Assembly: GCA_963743885.1 (NCBI GenBank)
Contig: CAVURJ010000002.1
Coordinates: 433,706-497,705, forward strand
DNA from: Candidatus Moraniibacteriota bacterium
Lineage (GTDB): Bacteria; Patescibacteriota; Minisyncoccia; Moranbacterales; UBA1568
DNA length: 64,000 nucleotides
Direction: 5' to 3'
Shown here: positions 1-10,220 of the stretch, piece after piece
Layout: every line of letters starts with the position of its first letter
Numbering within the stretch: position 1 is the first letter of the stretch
Notes under the pieces: generated by a model
What the model was told of the DNA's origin: nothing
The model's input: the letters and a program-made list of their open reading frames with translations, nothing else
Databases searched by the model: none
Position numbers and translations under genes: made by a program

Positions 1-734
1 TTCGATACAACCGATGGGACAATCTTTCCATTGATTAAGAATCCGCGAGGAGCGTTGAGCGTCGCGAAGCTTATAGTCGTACCAGTCTGGCTCTGCATCT
101 GAAAATCCGTCCCATCATAGATGACAGTCACGATCTGCCCTGCTTCGATATCACCATCAGCGAGATCCTGGTCGTGGTTTTTCTTGATGGTCTTTGCACC
201 GAGAGCGTTCACGTTGAGCGTCGCCGCGCCGGTGTTGGCAGTGTTCGCTTTGAAGACGACCATCATGCCGGCATAGTACGCGGCCGGGACTGGATCGAGC
301 GTGATAGCATAGGCATCGGTCGCACCAGCATCAGCACCGTACCGCACTGAGTCGATAGCGCTGATCAAAAGCTTCCCCGCCTGCGTCGCAAACGCGAGGA
401 TACCATCTATAACATCGTTCCAAAGCGTCGAGTCAATGACGATCTCAACGACGGCGCCGCCAGCGTGCGCCTGGGCGGTGCCTCCAATACCACGGGCGCA
501 TGAGACGATTCTTGAGCTATCAACGACTCCGCTAAGACGTTCCATCTTTTCAGGAGTCTGCACACCAGATGAACTAACCCTATCTACAGTGACAGTTACG
601 CCGGTCCCGGTAGGGAGCGACGTCGGAGATATGAGTCCGAAATTATCAATAGAGGCATTCGAGATACCAGAGGCGTCGAGCTGCCACCCGATATTCGGAG
701 CTATCTTCTTAAACTTGTCCAGTGCGCTTGACAT
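1..734 (-). CDS. Phage tail fibre protein, N-terminal part (gene runs off the left edge, 3' truncated)
   Basis: Minus-strand frame is open with no stops across 1-745. ATG at 734 sits 9 nt after the U-run of the terminator element. Translation contains ...AGMMVVFKANTANTGAATLNVNALGAKTIKKNHDQDLADGDIEAGQIVTVIYDGTDFQMQ..., a classic tail-fibre (TLNVNGLGAK) motif. The plus-strand ORF 436-741 is antisense to it. Confidence 0.5.
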   Translation of the reverse strand, partial: MSSALDKFKKIAPNIGWQLDASGISNASIDNFGLISPTSLPTGTGVTVTVDRVSSSGVQTPEKMERLSGVVDSSRIVSCARGIGGTAQAHAGGAVVEIVIDSTLWNDVIDGILAFATQAGKLLISAIDSVRYGADAGATDAYAITLDPVPAAYYAGMMVVFKANTANTGAATLNVNALGAKTIKKNHDQDLADGDIEAGQIVTVIYDGTDFQMQSQTGTTISFATLNAPRGFLINGKIVPSVVS

Positions 735-743
735 AGTGTAAAT

Positions 744-855
744 AAAAAAAGCGGCCTACCAGGTCGCCGCGCATTGGCGCTTGCCTGATAGGTCGCTTGG
801 TCCGCAATGTATGTGCTGCGGATATCGATCTACACCAGAATGATACCACCTTTCC
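744..855 (-). repeat. Conserved late-operon intercistronic element, copy 1 (body + GC hairpin GCGGC/GCCGC + U7)
   Basis: 100% identical over ~112 bp to 10079-10191. Hairpin at 751-770 with the T-run at 744-750 on the minus strand acts as a Rho-independent terminator after gene 872-2842. The next ATG is 9 nt downstream. Confidence 0.7.
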
Positions 856-871
856 ATGAATGGCGCAAGTC

Positions 872-2842
872 CTACCTGAACCAGGAGGCTGGTATCTTCT
901 TCGGCTTAATGACTCCCCTGGACTGTATCTTGAGGATGGTATATTCCGTATCCATCGAGTTCGACGATATCCTGAATTGGATGGCATACATCTCCTTTCC
1001 GACTTTCACGGCGCTCTTGATAGATGCCTGGGAATATGTCGTTGGGGCAGCCTCCTCGTCCTTGAGCGTTATCTCGCCCAGGAGGCCGGTCCAGAACTCG
1101 CTGACGCTGAGTGTATTCGCCACTGGCTTCGACGAGATGAGCGAGAAACCTTTCTTTGCCGTCAGGCCGTATACCTCGAAGGTTATATCCCCTTTTGCCC
1201 GACCGAGCACGCACAGAGCGTCCTTTATCTTCGCGGCGATAGTCTCATCGTCCTCGTCGATCGGTATGAGTCCGGAGATATACGATGTGCTGAAGGCTAC
1301 TCCGTCATCGCCGAGGATGTTCTCTGAGATCTCCGTCAGACGCGCGCCGGTCGTCGGTACGCCCAGAAGATGCGTATTCCCGTCGGAATCAGTGAACTCG
1401 AGGAACTGTCGGAATCCGATGGTCCACTTGTAGAACCACTCATCAAGCTCAGCATCATACCCGAAGATCATATCATTCTCATCGCCACCCTCTGATGCTG
1501 AGAATATGAGCTTCGAGTCGTAGAAATGCCCAGCCATCATCGGAAGCGATTTGAGCGAGGCGAATGTCGGACGGATATTCTCGGACATGGACTGTGTCGA
1601 GAGTATGTTCGTGACATTTTCCTTGTTGTTAAGCCTCGTTACTCCCTGGATAGACGGGAACCACAACGAGTCTTTCGCTTCCACGACCGCTCCTGGAGAC
1701 GTCGTTCCTACGGCGCCGGCTATCTTCGTTGGTGACGGGATGATGATTGTCTCGCCTGTTGAGGTGTCAACCAGGAATTGAACCTGCCATATCGACCCAT
1801 TCCCACCCGGGCCGCCCGTGATCGCTGTCGGCGCTGGATCTCCCTTTCCGGTCCGGAAATGCCCGACATACTGGAGCGTCTCGCCACATCCCTCATCGAG
1901 CTTCACCCAGCCACCGCCATCGGCATCGGCGAATGAAAAGAACTCCGCTCCGGTACCTGAGAAAAACACGGTATATGGATGGTTTTTCGGGTCGATTCCG
2001 ACGAGACGCGTCTCTGAGCGCCTGATCATGGAGAAGGCCGGGCCTTCCGTGGTATCGAAATCAGGGGCATCATTGAACGGGCTCGCCACAGCACTCGCAT
2101 CATCTTGGTATGAATTGGTGTATGCAATATCGAGCAGCTTCTCCTTTCCGGACTCGGTGGAATAGTACACCTGGTACTTCAGTGCGCCAGGGACGGCGGT
2201 CCATGACAGATCCACACGCTCGTTCGCATCTTTGTTCCATGTATTTCGCTCCTTGTTTACCGTGATATTGTACTCTGCACAGACGGGCGTCTCGCCTATA
2301 CCATTGAGAGCTGTCACTTTGTAGTAGAGATTGTATGTTCCTGACGTCAGGATGTTTCTCGTACCAGTCAGCCCAGTCGGGGTATCAAGCTTCACGAATC
2401 GGTCGAATATGGTTCCATTGAAGCGCGTAAGCGGATTCTCACCATTCGCTATGAGCAGATACCCGCCAGCCATTTCGAACCAGTACCGATTCGCATCCGT
2501 CGAGAAGGTTGCACCGGAAATCTCCGACCAGGTCACAGCATCCGATGATGAGTAGCCCTTTCCGCTACCGCATATCGCCAACAGCTTCTGAGTACCGTTC
2601 GATGCAGTGTATACCCCGGCGCCGACGATAGAGTCCTCACCTGGAACCTCGAGACCATATTTGGCCGTTCCCCAGCGCACCTTCCATTTTCCGTCCTGTG
2701 CCTGATAAAGATTGAGCGCTTCCTTGGCGTATATTTTTCCCAATACAATATCATCAAGGAGCGTCGCAACGCCCTTGAACACCTTTATGGACAGTGCCCA
2801 CCTCTTCTTTTGTGCGAACCCTCTCAGATTGGGAAACTTCAT
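872..2842 (-). CDS. Phage structural protein (tail/baseplate-like), 656 aa
   Basis: Large ORF in the structural module between the large virion protein and the tail fibre. No specific motif recognised. Confidence 0.4.
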   Translation of the reverse strand: MKFPNLRGFAQKKRWALSIKVFKGVATLLDDIVLGKIYAKEALNLYQAQDGKWKVRWGTAKYGLEVPGEDSIVGAGVYTASNGTQKLLAICGSGKGYSSSDAVTWSEISGATFSTDANRYWFEMAGGYLLIANGENPLTRFNGTIFDRFVKLDTPTGLTGTRNILTSGTYNLYYKVTALNGIGETPVCAEYNITVNKERNTWNKDANERVDLSWTAVPGALKYQVYYSTESGKEKLLDIAYTNSYQDDASAVASPFNDAPDFDTTEGPAFSMIRRSETRLVGIDPKNHPYTVFFSGTGAEFFSFADADGGGWVKLDEGCGETLQYVGHFRTGKGDPAPTAITGGPGGNGSIWQVQFLVDTSTGETIIIPSPTKIAGAVGTTSPGAVVEAKDSLWFPSIQGVTRLNNKENVTNILSTQSMSENIRPTFASLKSLPMMAGHFYDSKLIFSASEGGDENDMIFGYDAELDEWFYKWTIGFRQFLEFTDSDGNTHLLGVPTTGARLTEISENILGDDGVAFSTSYISGLIPIDEDDETIAAKIKDALCVLGRAKGDITFEVYGLTAKKGFSLISSKPVANTLSVSEFWTGLLGEITLKDEEAAPTTYSQASIKSAVKVGKEMYAIQFRISSNSMDTEYTILKIQSRGVIKPKKIPASWFR

Positions 2843-2854
2843 ATCTCGTGTCGT

Positions 2855-3499
2855 TTACATACCGAAACCCCAACCCGCCGGATTATCATCCGGCATGCTC
2901 GGTGGAAGATTCGGAATCTTCATCATGCGGAGCGCTTCCTGGGCGTTCGAGAGATTGACCTCTCCTTGGGAGAAATCCTCATCATCTATTCGCATCATGC
3001 CGATTCCGTACTGTACAATCATCGTTGGGTCGCTCATCTCCGGCTCCGTCGTCTCCTCACCGGTGGAGAATCGCGTCTCTTTCTTGAGATACTTAAACTC
3101 AGCCGTTCCGGAAGCAGCCGGAAGTGTACGAAGATTCTTGCCTTCTATCCAGGCGTAATACGGAGTAATACCCATGCGATCGGCCCGCACACCTTCCTGC
3201 GCGCTGACGACCAGGTAGAGGCTTCCTCCTACAGACACGCTGGCTCGGCCATCCGGCTCCCGGAAGAAATCCAAGAACTCGAGCCCGTGCAGATCTGTAC
3301 CGGTGCCACCGCACGCTACCGAAGCGTCGTTCTTGAGCTCCGGCCACTGTACACCCTCACGGACACATCTCTCATGCTCCGTTATGGCGCTATTCGCATG
3401 GCGGACCATAGTCGCCATCTCGTCGCTGCCGCTCTCTGGATACTCGGTATCCCCCGCGTACCCGACATGCATTTGCTTTATGATTTCCTGAAAATCCAT
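2855..3499 (-). CDS. Hypothetical phage structural protein, 214 aa
   Basis: Tightly packed in the late operon. No recognisable motifs. Confidence 0.35.
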   Translation of the reverse strand: MDFQEIIKQMHVGYAGDTEYPESGSDEMATMVRHANSAITEHERCVREGVQWPELKNDASVACGGTGTDLHGLEFLDFFREPDGRASVSVGGSLYLVVSAQEGVRADRMGITPYYAWIEGKNLRTLPAASGTAEFKYLKKETRFSTGEETTEPEMSDPTMIVQYGIGMMRIDDEDFSQGEVNLSNAQEALRMMKIPNLPPSMPDDNPAGWGFGM

Positions 3500-3516
3500 A
3501 TAGTTGCGTTATCTTG

Positions 3517-6500
3517 TTAGCGTCGGATTTTTCTGACCTTCTTAATCCTCGCCGGACGGAACGACATCATTCCGCGCCGCGAGATCGGTGCCGCCTTTGA
3601 ATCCATGAGTGCGAGCTCGAGGTCAATCATGTCCTTATCGATGAGTGGATAGCGAAACTTCTCCGGGAGCTTCTTCTCCGCTTTCGGCTTATTGAACGCC
3701 CCGCCGTATGATTCGAACTTCTCAGCTTCATTCGCGAGCGTATCTATCTGATTCTCATATTCCGAACGGTCCAAATCATCCACAGTAGGATCTGATACGA
3801 GCTTCTGAAGGAGCATATACTTCTTCTCAGCGTTATCGCGCCATTCCTGAAAGTTCTTTGCGCGCTTGTTCCCAGACATCCTGGCATTGAGGAGCTTCAC
3901 CGTGAACGAATCCTTCCGCTCCTGATACGCTGTACCGTCGTCTTTTTTCCTCAAGACATAGTCTCCGGCATCACGGAAGCTCTCATCTGAATCTTCGAAA
4001 TCCTCTCTCTCGATAGCCTGCCGCGCGAGTGTCTCGTTCTTGAAAGTCTTCGTATCAGACCTAAGTGCCGGAACGAAATACTTCCCGTCCTTGAGACGAT
4101 AGACACCTTCACCAACATCACCGGCCTCTCCCTGCTTGAGAGATCCACCAGCCTTGAGCCCCTCCTTCTCTTTGTTCGCTGAGCGGGAAGCCATAAGCGA
4201 TGAGTAGTATCCGCCTCGCTCGCCTTCCGGAAGCATTCGGAAAATCTCATCCTGTGTATCACCGAGAGGATTGCTGTCAGCTTCACGATAATCCTGCACC
4301 TCCTGAAGAGAGTTTTTACCGAAGAATAGTCCTTTTGCCATGTTGTACGGGCTCGATTCCACCGGCGTCATCACCTTGCCGGATGACGTCTCGGCAAATC
4401 CATCCATGAGCGTACCAACACCTTCGATGGAGTTCTTGATCTGCTTACCACCGAATGGTGGAGCGACCATGAAGAGTGGATCGGCGAAAGACTTGCTCAC
4501 AAGTAGACCACCACCGAATCTCGTCGGATCTTTATCTCCGAAAAGCTTCTCCCTTGTAGGAAGGTTGATTCCGGATCCCATGATGTCCTTCTTCCCATAT
4601 TCTGGATACATAGCCGCCACGGTCTGCCCAAGAGGGAGATTCGACAGTGCCTCTCCGGCGATACGTCCGCCGGCTCGCGTCAGTCCGGTACCGACAGTAT
4701 CTGACTCGCTATACGCTCCATACGCATCGATCATGGCCTGGATAGGATCAATGGCGACACCGCTTCCGCGTATCTCTTCAGCCGCCCGGTTCATCAGCCA
4801 CGTCGCCACAGAAAACTCCATGAGACGCTTCGCCAGAACAAGCTTACTCGGATCATTCTTCGCCCAGTCTCCGAATACTCTCCACTGGTTCGCTACCTCG
4901 AGCTGGAACGGTGCTATGAGCTGCGTAATCTTCGATTTTTGGAGGATAGGTACCTCTCCGATACCGCGGCCAGCCACCAGCTTCCGCGTCCAATCATCGG
5001 CATACTTCACCGGGTCGGACACGCCGAGTCCGAGCGCCTTCTGATACTGCGCGTTCCATGTGAATGTCGATCCTATCTTGTCCCCTATAGACGTAATCCA
5101 GACAGCGAAATCTTTCGTCCTATTGAGGATTCCAGGCTCAAACTTGTCATATCCGTTGAAATACCTCTCGTTCAGGAAAACGGAGCGCTTCGACGGAACA
5201 TCATCCTTCAGAATATCGACCATGCTATGGCCTATGGCGCGCGCCGAGTTCCTGACCCCCGCATTCGCGATTCCGTTCGGTATGCCGAAGAATTGTGCAA
5301 GCGCCGACGATGCGTTTCCAACGATTGTGTTCGCCTTCACTCGGCTATTGAGCCAATTTATCGCCTTGAAAGCCTGCCGTCCGAACATATTATCCTGGAA
5401 CGGCCTGTCGATTGGGTTCGTCTTACCGGCAAGGTCATTCGAGAAATTATCTAGGAACTTCAGGAAATTGTTGAGCTTGTTATCGGATGCCTCGGCAAGC
5501 GCCTTGGCATTGAACTCCGCCATTCCTTCTGGGGAGAGATTCTCGGTCATATACTCCTTCACCTTTCCGGCGTCCTTGATACCAGCGAGATCCTTCGCCA
5601 TGCGGACAGCGTCGCGGTCCTGGAGTCCTTTTCCGATGAGCAAGTTCTTGATTTCGTTCGGATCGGAAACACTGGCTATGCTTTCGAACGGATCCATCTT
5701 TTTCGAGAGCTCCTCCGCCAGTCCGACACTGGTATCGTCAAAGAACGCTCCGCGTGGAGTCTTTGACTTTATCTCTTGGTCTACTCCTCGGAAGCGCTGG
5801 ATGTGCGGATCAATATGCTTCGCGTACGCATTCGCCTTGATGTAATCGAGGAAGCCTCCAACGGCATCCATTTCGGTCTGCTTCCCAGTCCGCTTCTGAG
5901 CGAACGAGATCCACTTCGAGCTTGGCTTTGTGAACTGCGAAGACACGGCGAGAGCTGGATCGATATTCGCAGGCGTGTCGAAGATGTTCATGAGACCCTT
6001 GAATCCATCCGCCATCTCCTGGAAATGACGGTAGTAGTTCTCACGCTTCGGAATGACCTTAGTGCTCTCCGGGTGCAGCGGGTGCGTCGGGAAATAGAAC
6101 TCGCGGATGCGGTTCGTCTCATCGAGCATGTTGTCGTACATGTTCCGGAACCACTGGTCCGCCCGGACGACTTTGTCGGCCCCATCCTTTCCGAACTCTT
6201 TGACGAGGTCGTCATACGACATCCTCATCCCATCTGGCAATCCGGTATCTCCGTATTGCTGTACCGCCTGCGAAAGCCTGCTCCCCTTCTTGATACCGAG
6301 TCCGTCTACGATATGTTTCTGGAGTGCTTCGAGCTGCATACGCTGCTCATCGATAAACGCCCCCTTAGATGCGTCAAAAGGATCGAGAAGCTCGCTCTTC
6401 ACCTTCCCATAGGAATCGCCGAATACGTCCTCAAAGTTCCGATAGACGTCGCGCGTTCCAGCTTGGAGTGCTGATATATCCTTGAGCTTCACCGGGTCGA

Positions 6501-8112
6501 TTCCCTCCATGATCTTCGTATTGAGGTCTCGCTTCCTGGCGTAGTATTCCTTGAGCGTCTGATACGCCACGCGGTTCTTCAGGATGTTCTTCGTCATGTC
6601 AGAGCGGAAATCCATCATGGACTGGTGTCCCTTCGGATACCCAAGCCGCCCGAGCTCTGCGATGATCTTGCCTTCCTCCACGCCTATCTTCGCCGCTTCG
6701 GCCTTCTTGTATCCCATCGCGCGCAAAACATCCGGGACGTTCGCGATTTCCCGGAGATCCTGGATGATTTGCTTTCGCTTGTTGAAGGCGTCCTTCTGGT
6801 ACTTGTTATACCCTCCGGACGGAAACAGTGGCTCTGCCGGCTTCACAGGAGCCATAGGCTTCGCTGGATCAGGTATAGCATCCAATTCCTTCGATATGCG
6901 CTCGTCTATGCTCATAGGAGCGCTCTGAGGTGCTTTCTGGGGTGATGGCACCATCCTAGGCGCTACAGGAGCTCCTGGGGAAGTTTCCATGAGATTCCTG
7001 ACGGTTTCCTTAGCTGCGGCATTCTTCCTGGCGTTCAGAGCGTTCGCTTCGAGAGTGTTCTGGTTCCGTGGAGGACGACCGACGTTTTTGAGGCTCATAC
7101 CAGGCTGCGGCAGAGCATCCCGGACGGCCCGGCCGACATCAGAAAGCGTCGGGGAGGCTTTGCGCTCCACGACTTGCTCCGGGATGAGCTTCTCCTTGCG
7201 GATCCCATATACCGGAGACTGCGATACCTTGTCGAATCCAGCCTTGAAGGCCTTCCCAGAATACCGCTCCCCTTCTCCAAGCTTCGGTATCACCCCTGGC
7301 TTTCCATCAGCGTCGGAAGCGAATCTCACGACACCGCCATCACTCCAATGAGACTGTAGCCTTTCAGTTTTCAGAGGCTGTGTCCTGTTTCGTATCGAGT
7401 TCTTCGCCGCTTCCGGGACAGACTCCATGATCTCCTTCACCTTCTTCGCTGCTCCAGTAGCATCGTCAATACCTTCCTTCGCGAGAATGGTTGTCGGACG
7501 CATCAGGCCAGAAACGACACCGCCGAGAGCTGTACCCATTCCAGGTTTGAAAGTATCCGCGTTCGTCTTCTCTTCTTTCGACATCTTGTCGGCTACATCA
7601 TAGGCATACCCAAGTCCAGCGCCGCCAGCGACGCGTTTCACGACGCTCGGAGACATGAGCATCTTTGCTGTAGCCTTGATCTTGCCAAACGGAGCGATCT
7701 CTATGACAGACTTCGCTGTATCGGCGAGCATCTTCTTCGGAGTAAGATCCGTCACCGTCGGAAGAATATCGGTATTTCCAGCCTTGTACTGCTTCCTGAC
7801 ATTCTTGTCGACAGCGAATGCCGCACCCTCACCGATTACCTTCGGAGCCTTCGACAGAACGTTCTTCGTCCCGGAAAACATCTCTCCAACGTTATGGCTC
7901 GCCTCACGCACGAAATCCCGCGTCCGGAGTTCCGGAGCGGGCTCGAAATACCGTTCCACCGGCCGCGAACGCATCAGTTCGCTTGCGCTGTCCGCGGCCG
8001 ATTTCCCGATACGGGATATTTTCGATGTAGTGTTACCGAGAGCGTCAATGGCGCCATCTCCGATGTCGGAAATCTTCTTCTTCGCTTTTCGGTAAAAGTC
8101 AACGAGCGCCAT
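3517..8112 (-). CDS. Large virion protein, 1531 aa (tape-measure-like or internal/ejection protein)
   Basis: Single uninterrupted 4.6-kb ORF with Gly-rich and coiled-coil segments. Its position between head and tail genes is typical of tape-measure or internal virion proteins. Confidence 0.4.
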   Translation of the reverse strand: MALVDFYRKAKKKISDIGDGAIDALGNTTSKISRIGKSAADSASELMRSRPVERYFEPAPELRTRDFVREASHNVGEMFSGTKNVLSKAPKVIGEGAAFAVDKNVRKQYKAGNTDILPTVTDLTPKKMLADTAKSVIEIAPFGKIKATAKMLMSPSVVKRVAGGAGLGYAYDVADKMSKEEKTNADTFKPGMGTALGGVVSGLMRPTTILAKEGIDDATGAAKKVKEIMESVPEAAKNSIRNRTQPLKTERLQSHWSDGGVVRFASDADGKPGVIPKLGEGERYSGKAFKAGFDKVSQSPVYGIRKEKLIPEQVVERKASPTLSDVGRAVRDALPQPGMSLKNVGRPPRNQNTLEANALNARKNAAAKETVRNLMETSPGAPVAPRMVPSPQKAPQSAPMSIDERISKELDAIPDPAKPMAPVKPAEPLFPSGGYNKYQKDAFNKRKQIIQDLREIANVPDVLRAMGYKKAEAAKIGVEEGKIIAELGRLGYPKGHQSMMDFRSDMTKNILKNRVAYQTLKEYYARKRDLNTKIMEGIDPVKLKDISALQAGTRDVYRNFEDVFGDSYGKVKSELLDPFDASKGAFIDEQRMQLEALQKHIVDGLGIKKGSRLSQAVQQYGDTGLPDGMRMSYDDLVKEFGKDGADKVVRADQWFRNMYDNMLDETNRIREFYFPTHPLHPESTKVIPKRENYYRHFQEMADGFKGLMNIFDTPANIDPALAVSSQFTKPSSKWISFAQKRTGKQTEMDAVGGFLDYIKANAYAKHIDPHIQRFRGVDQEIKSKTPRGAFFDDTSVGLAEELSKKMDPFESIASVSDPNEIKNLLIGKGLQDRDAVRMAKDLAGIKDAGKVKEYMTENLSPEGMAEFNAKALAEASDNKLNNFLKFLDNFSNDLAGKTNPIDRPFQDNMFGRQAFKAINWLNSRVKANTIVGNASSALAQFFGIPNGIANAGVRNSARAIGHSMVDILKDDVPSKRSVFLNERYFNGYDKFEPGILNRTKDFAVWITSIGDKIGSTFTWNAQYQKALGLGVSDPVKYADDWTRKLVAGRGIGEVPILQKSKITQLIAPFQLEVANQWRVFGDWAKNDPSKLVLAKRLMEFSVATWLMNRAAEEIRGSGVAIDPIQAMIDAYGAYSESDTVGTGLTRAGGRIAGEALSNLPLGQTVAAMYPEYGKKDIMGSGINLPTREKLFGDKDPTRFGGGLLVSKSFADPLFMVAPPFGGKQIKNSIEGVGTLMDGFAETSSGKVMTPVESSPYNMAKGLFFGKNSLQEVQDYREADSNPLGDTQDEIFRMLPEGERGGYYSSLMASRSANKEKEGLKAGGSLKQGEAGDVGEGVYRLKDGKYFVPALRSDTKTFKNETLARQAIEREDFEDSDESFRDAGDYVLRKKDDGTAYQERKDSFTVKLLNARMSGNKRAKNFQEWRDNAEKKYMLLQKLVSDPTVDDLDRSEYENQIDTLANEAEKFESYGGAFNKPKAEKKLPEKFRYPLIDKDMIDLELALMDSKAAPISRRGMMSFRPARIKKVRKIRR

Positions 8113-8132
8113 ACCGCGTATCCGTTATTGGT

Positions 8133-9371
8133 TTATGCTACGGGTTCGGTGGCAGTCGTCTCCTCTGAATAGATCGGTTTTCCAAAGATGTCGTATCCAA
8201 CGATCTTCCGGTCTTTATTATTCTGATTATTCGGATCCGAGTCATCGAGCCAATCCTGCGCGCCATCAGAGAGCCCGTCGAGATTCCACTCTTCCGTGTA
8301 ATCAGGAACCTGGAGCTCCGCCGGTGCGTTCACGTCAATTTCCGCCGCCTGGATCTCATCGATGTTGATGCCCTGCTCCTGCGCCGCGATCGTGATGTTC
8401 TGCTTGAGTGTAGCCACCTTGCCGGAGATCTCAGCCACCTTGCCGAGGAACTTGTTGAGGTTCGCATCACTTTCTGCCTTAAGATCCTCCTGTTCCCATT
8501 TGTCAGCATTCTTCGAAAGCTTCGATATAGCTGATTCGTAGCGCTTGTATTCCTCCTTAGCAGCCTTCAGCTGCGTATCGTGCCATTCGTCGGCCTTCTG
8601 GATGCGGAGGGTGTACCGGTCCGTCTCGTCGCGCTCTGCCTGGTTCTGCTCGGCCGTCTGCGTGCCATATCCCTCAAGCTTCTCCTTGCGTTCTTGCCCG
8701 GCCTTCTTCCCGAGCACCTTAGCGAACCTTCTGGCCGCGGACGAGTTCGATGCCCCAAGGACACCGAGATTGATATTGGTACCAAAGATATTCTTCTTGA
8801 CGTCATCCGCTACCTTCTCGAGACTCTCTTTCTGGTTGCTCTGGATGAGCTGTTTGTTCCCAGCGATAGCCTCTTTCGTCTTCTCGAGGTAGCCCTTCGC
8901 CGCCTCTTTGTATTTGTCGCGAAGCGTCGGAATCTTCCCTATATCGGACTTCATAGAAGCTAGGTAGCCCTTCGCGTCCTTGAGCGTCGAGCTCGAGTCC
9001 TTCCAACCGGCGCCAATCATATCGAGCAGCTTCGAACTCTTATTCGACTCGTTCTGCCCGGCATACGAAGCTCCATACAGATCCTTGAGCGATGGGACAA
9101 CATTGCTGTTTCCATCACCACCTCCAGTAGATTGCATCTGACCACCACCGTCTTCGGAGGATCCGGCAGAAGAATACCCACTTTTTGATCCAAGGAAACC
9201 ATCAGGCGTAGCGAGGCCCTGCTTCGCTCGCTGGTATATGGCGGCGACATTTCCGCTCGTTATGGCACGACCAGCCTCCTGGAGACCAGGACGCCCGAAC
9301 AACCTTTCCGAAAGACCTTGCCCACTTTTACCGAGAATCGGCATATCATTGTCAGCCAATCGACCGCGCAC
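8133..9371 (-). CDS. Hypothetical phage structural protein, coiled-coil and Gly/Ser-rich, 412 aa
   Basis: Late-operon position and long coiled-coil K/E-rich segments. Confidence 0.35.
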   Translation of the reverse strand: MRGRLADNDMPILGKSGQGLSERLFGRPGLQEAGRAITSGNVAAIYQRAKQGLATPDGFLGSKSGYSSAGSSEDGGGQMQSTGGGDGNSNVVPSLKDLYGASYAGQNESNKSSKLLDMIGAGWKDSSSTLKDAKGYLASMKSDIGKIPTLRDKYKEAAKGYLEKTKEAIAGNKQLIQSNQKESLEKVADDVKKNIFGTNINLGVLGASNSSAARRFAKVLGKKAGQERKEKLEGYGTQTAEQNQAERDETDRYTLRIQKADEWHDTQLKAAKEEYKRYESAISKLSKNADKWEQEDLKAESDANLNKFLGKVAEISGKVATLKQNITIAAQEQGINIDEIQAAEIDVNAPAELQVPDYTEEWNLDGLSDGAQDWLDDSDPNNQNNKDRKIVGYDIFGKPIYSEETTATEPVA

Positions 9372-9386
9372 GGCTGTGCGCTAGTG

Positions 9387-9415
9387 TTGACAAAATTATT
9401 GATTTACACTATACT
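9387..9415 (+). promoter_or_regulatory. Sigma70-like promoter TTGACA-17-TATACT driving the plus-strand moron
   Basis: TTGACA at 9387-9392, a 17-nt spacer, and TATACT at 9410-9415. ATG of the downstream gene is at 9435. Confidence 0.45.
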
Positions 9416-9434
9416 TGCTCGTTATAATTGCCTT

Positions 9435-9812
9435 ATGGCTAGGAAACTTTTCATCGTCTCGTCGTTCGTGATCATATCGGCTTCGCTGGTTGTTTTTTCG
9501 ACTGCTTTCATCAACTGGACGAGCTATGGATTCAGCACCGGATTCGGTGATTCAATGATTCCAACTTTTCATCCTGGCACTCTGATATTTACTAACCCGC
9601 TCGAGACTCCAGAGATTGGTGATATTGTTTCATTCAAATGCTTGAGTAAGGAGAAATGCGACCGCTCTGGTGATATTGTTCATAGACTTGTTTCTGTCGA
9701 TCCTGACGGCTGCATGCATATTTACGGTGATAATGCTTCCATGAACTGGGACCCTAAGTGGTGCCTCTATCCAGACGAGATATCTATTTCAGGAGTGGTT
9801 CATAAGCTGTAA
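9435..9812 (+). CDS. Signal peptidase I-like (S26 family) protein, 125 aa
   Basis: N-terminal TM helix followed by the GDSMIPTF motif (S26 catalytic Ser box GDSMxPT). Plus-strand gene embedded in the minus-strand structural module. Start moved to the internal ATG at 9435 (MARKLF...). Confidence 0.55.
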   Translation: MARKLFIVSSFVIISASLVVFSTAFINWTSYGFSTGFGDSMIPTFHPGTLIFTNPLETPEIGDIVSFKCLSKEKCDRSGDIVHRLVSVDPDGCMHIYGDNASMNWDPKWCLYPDEISISGVVHKL

Positions 9813-9867
9813 TCATATGAAGACTCTGTTTGACTTGAAATGTTTTTAAATAATTAATTTTTTAAAT

Positions 9868-10065
9868 ATGTTGATACTTTTAAAAATATTCAGGATATTT
9901 TCGGTAATTTTCCTTGTATTACAGGTATCATCTTCATTGATACCGTATTTCATTACTAATCATTTCGGTGAGTTTCATGTTCCGACATTCTTTTTATGGC
10001 TTCTAATCTTTGCAATAACTCAAAACTATATTTCAAAGAAAATCGTTCCAGAAAAAGAATCCTGA
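9868..10065 (+). CDS. Small two-TM membrane protein, 65 aa (holin-like size, function unknown)
   Basis: AT-rich segment with two hydrophobic helices and a charged C-terminus. Co-oriented with the signal-peptidase-like gene. Confidence 0.3.
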   Translation: MLILLKIFRIFSVIFLVLQVSSSLIPYFITNHFGEFHVPTFFLWLLIFAITQNYISKKIVPEKES

Positions 10066-10078
10066 TTTTTTTCAAACA

Positions 10079-10191
10079 ACAAAAAAGCGGCCTACCAGGT
10101 CGCCGCGCATTGGCGCTTGCCTGATAGGTCGCTTGGTCCGCAATGTATGTGCTGCGGATATCGATCTACACCAGAATGATACCACCTTTCC
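10079..10191 (-). repeat. Conserved late-operon intercistronic element, copy 2
   Basis: Identical to 744-855. Hairpin at 10087-10106 with A8 at 10079-10086 (U-run on the minus strand), directly after the stop of 10221-11687. The plus-strand moron begins just downstream. Confidence 0.7.
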
Positions 10192-10220
10192 GAAAAGAGC
10201 GCAAGATGGTTTTTTGATGT

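Noticed and set aside
436-741. Plus-strand ORF 436-741
   Set aside because: Antisense to a continuous minus-strand frame (1-734) whose translation carries a tail-fibre signature. All plus frames at the left edge hit stops within 100 nt.
709-987. ORFs 709-987(-), 10072-10284(-) and the MRGDLVGRFF N-terminus of 16233-18035(-)
   Set aside because: These are translations of the shared intercistronic repeat/terminator (GCGGCGACCTGGTAGGCCGC = RGDLVGR). The same peptide in three places is a repeat artefact, not a gene.
3951-7359. Numerous 60-260-aa ORFs nested in or antisense to the 1531-aa gene (and similarly inside the RND, DnaK, TerL and capsid genes)
   Set aside because: All are fully contained within long, compositionally coherent ORFs. 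They are typical GC-rich antisense frame artefacts.
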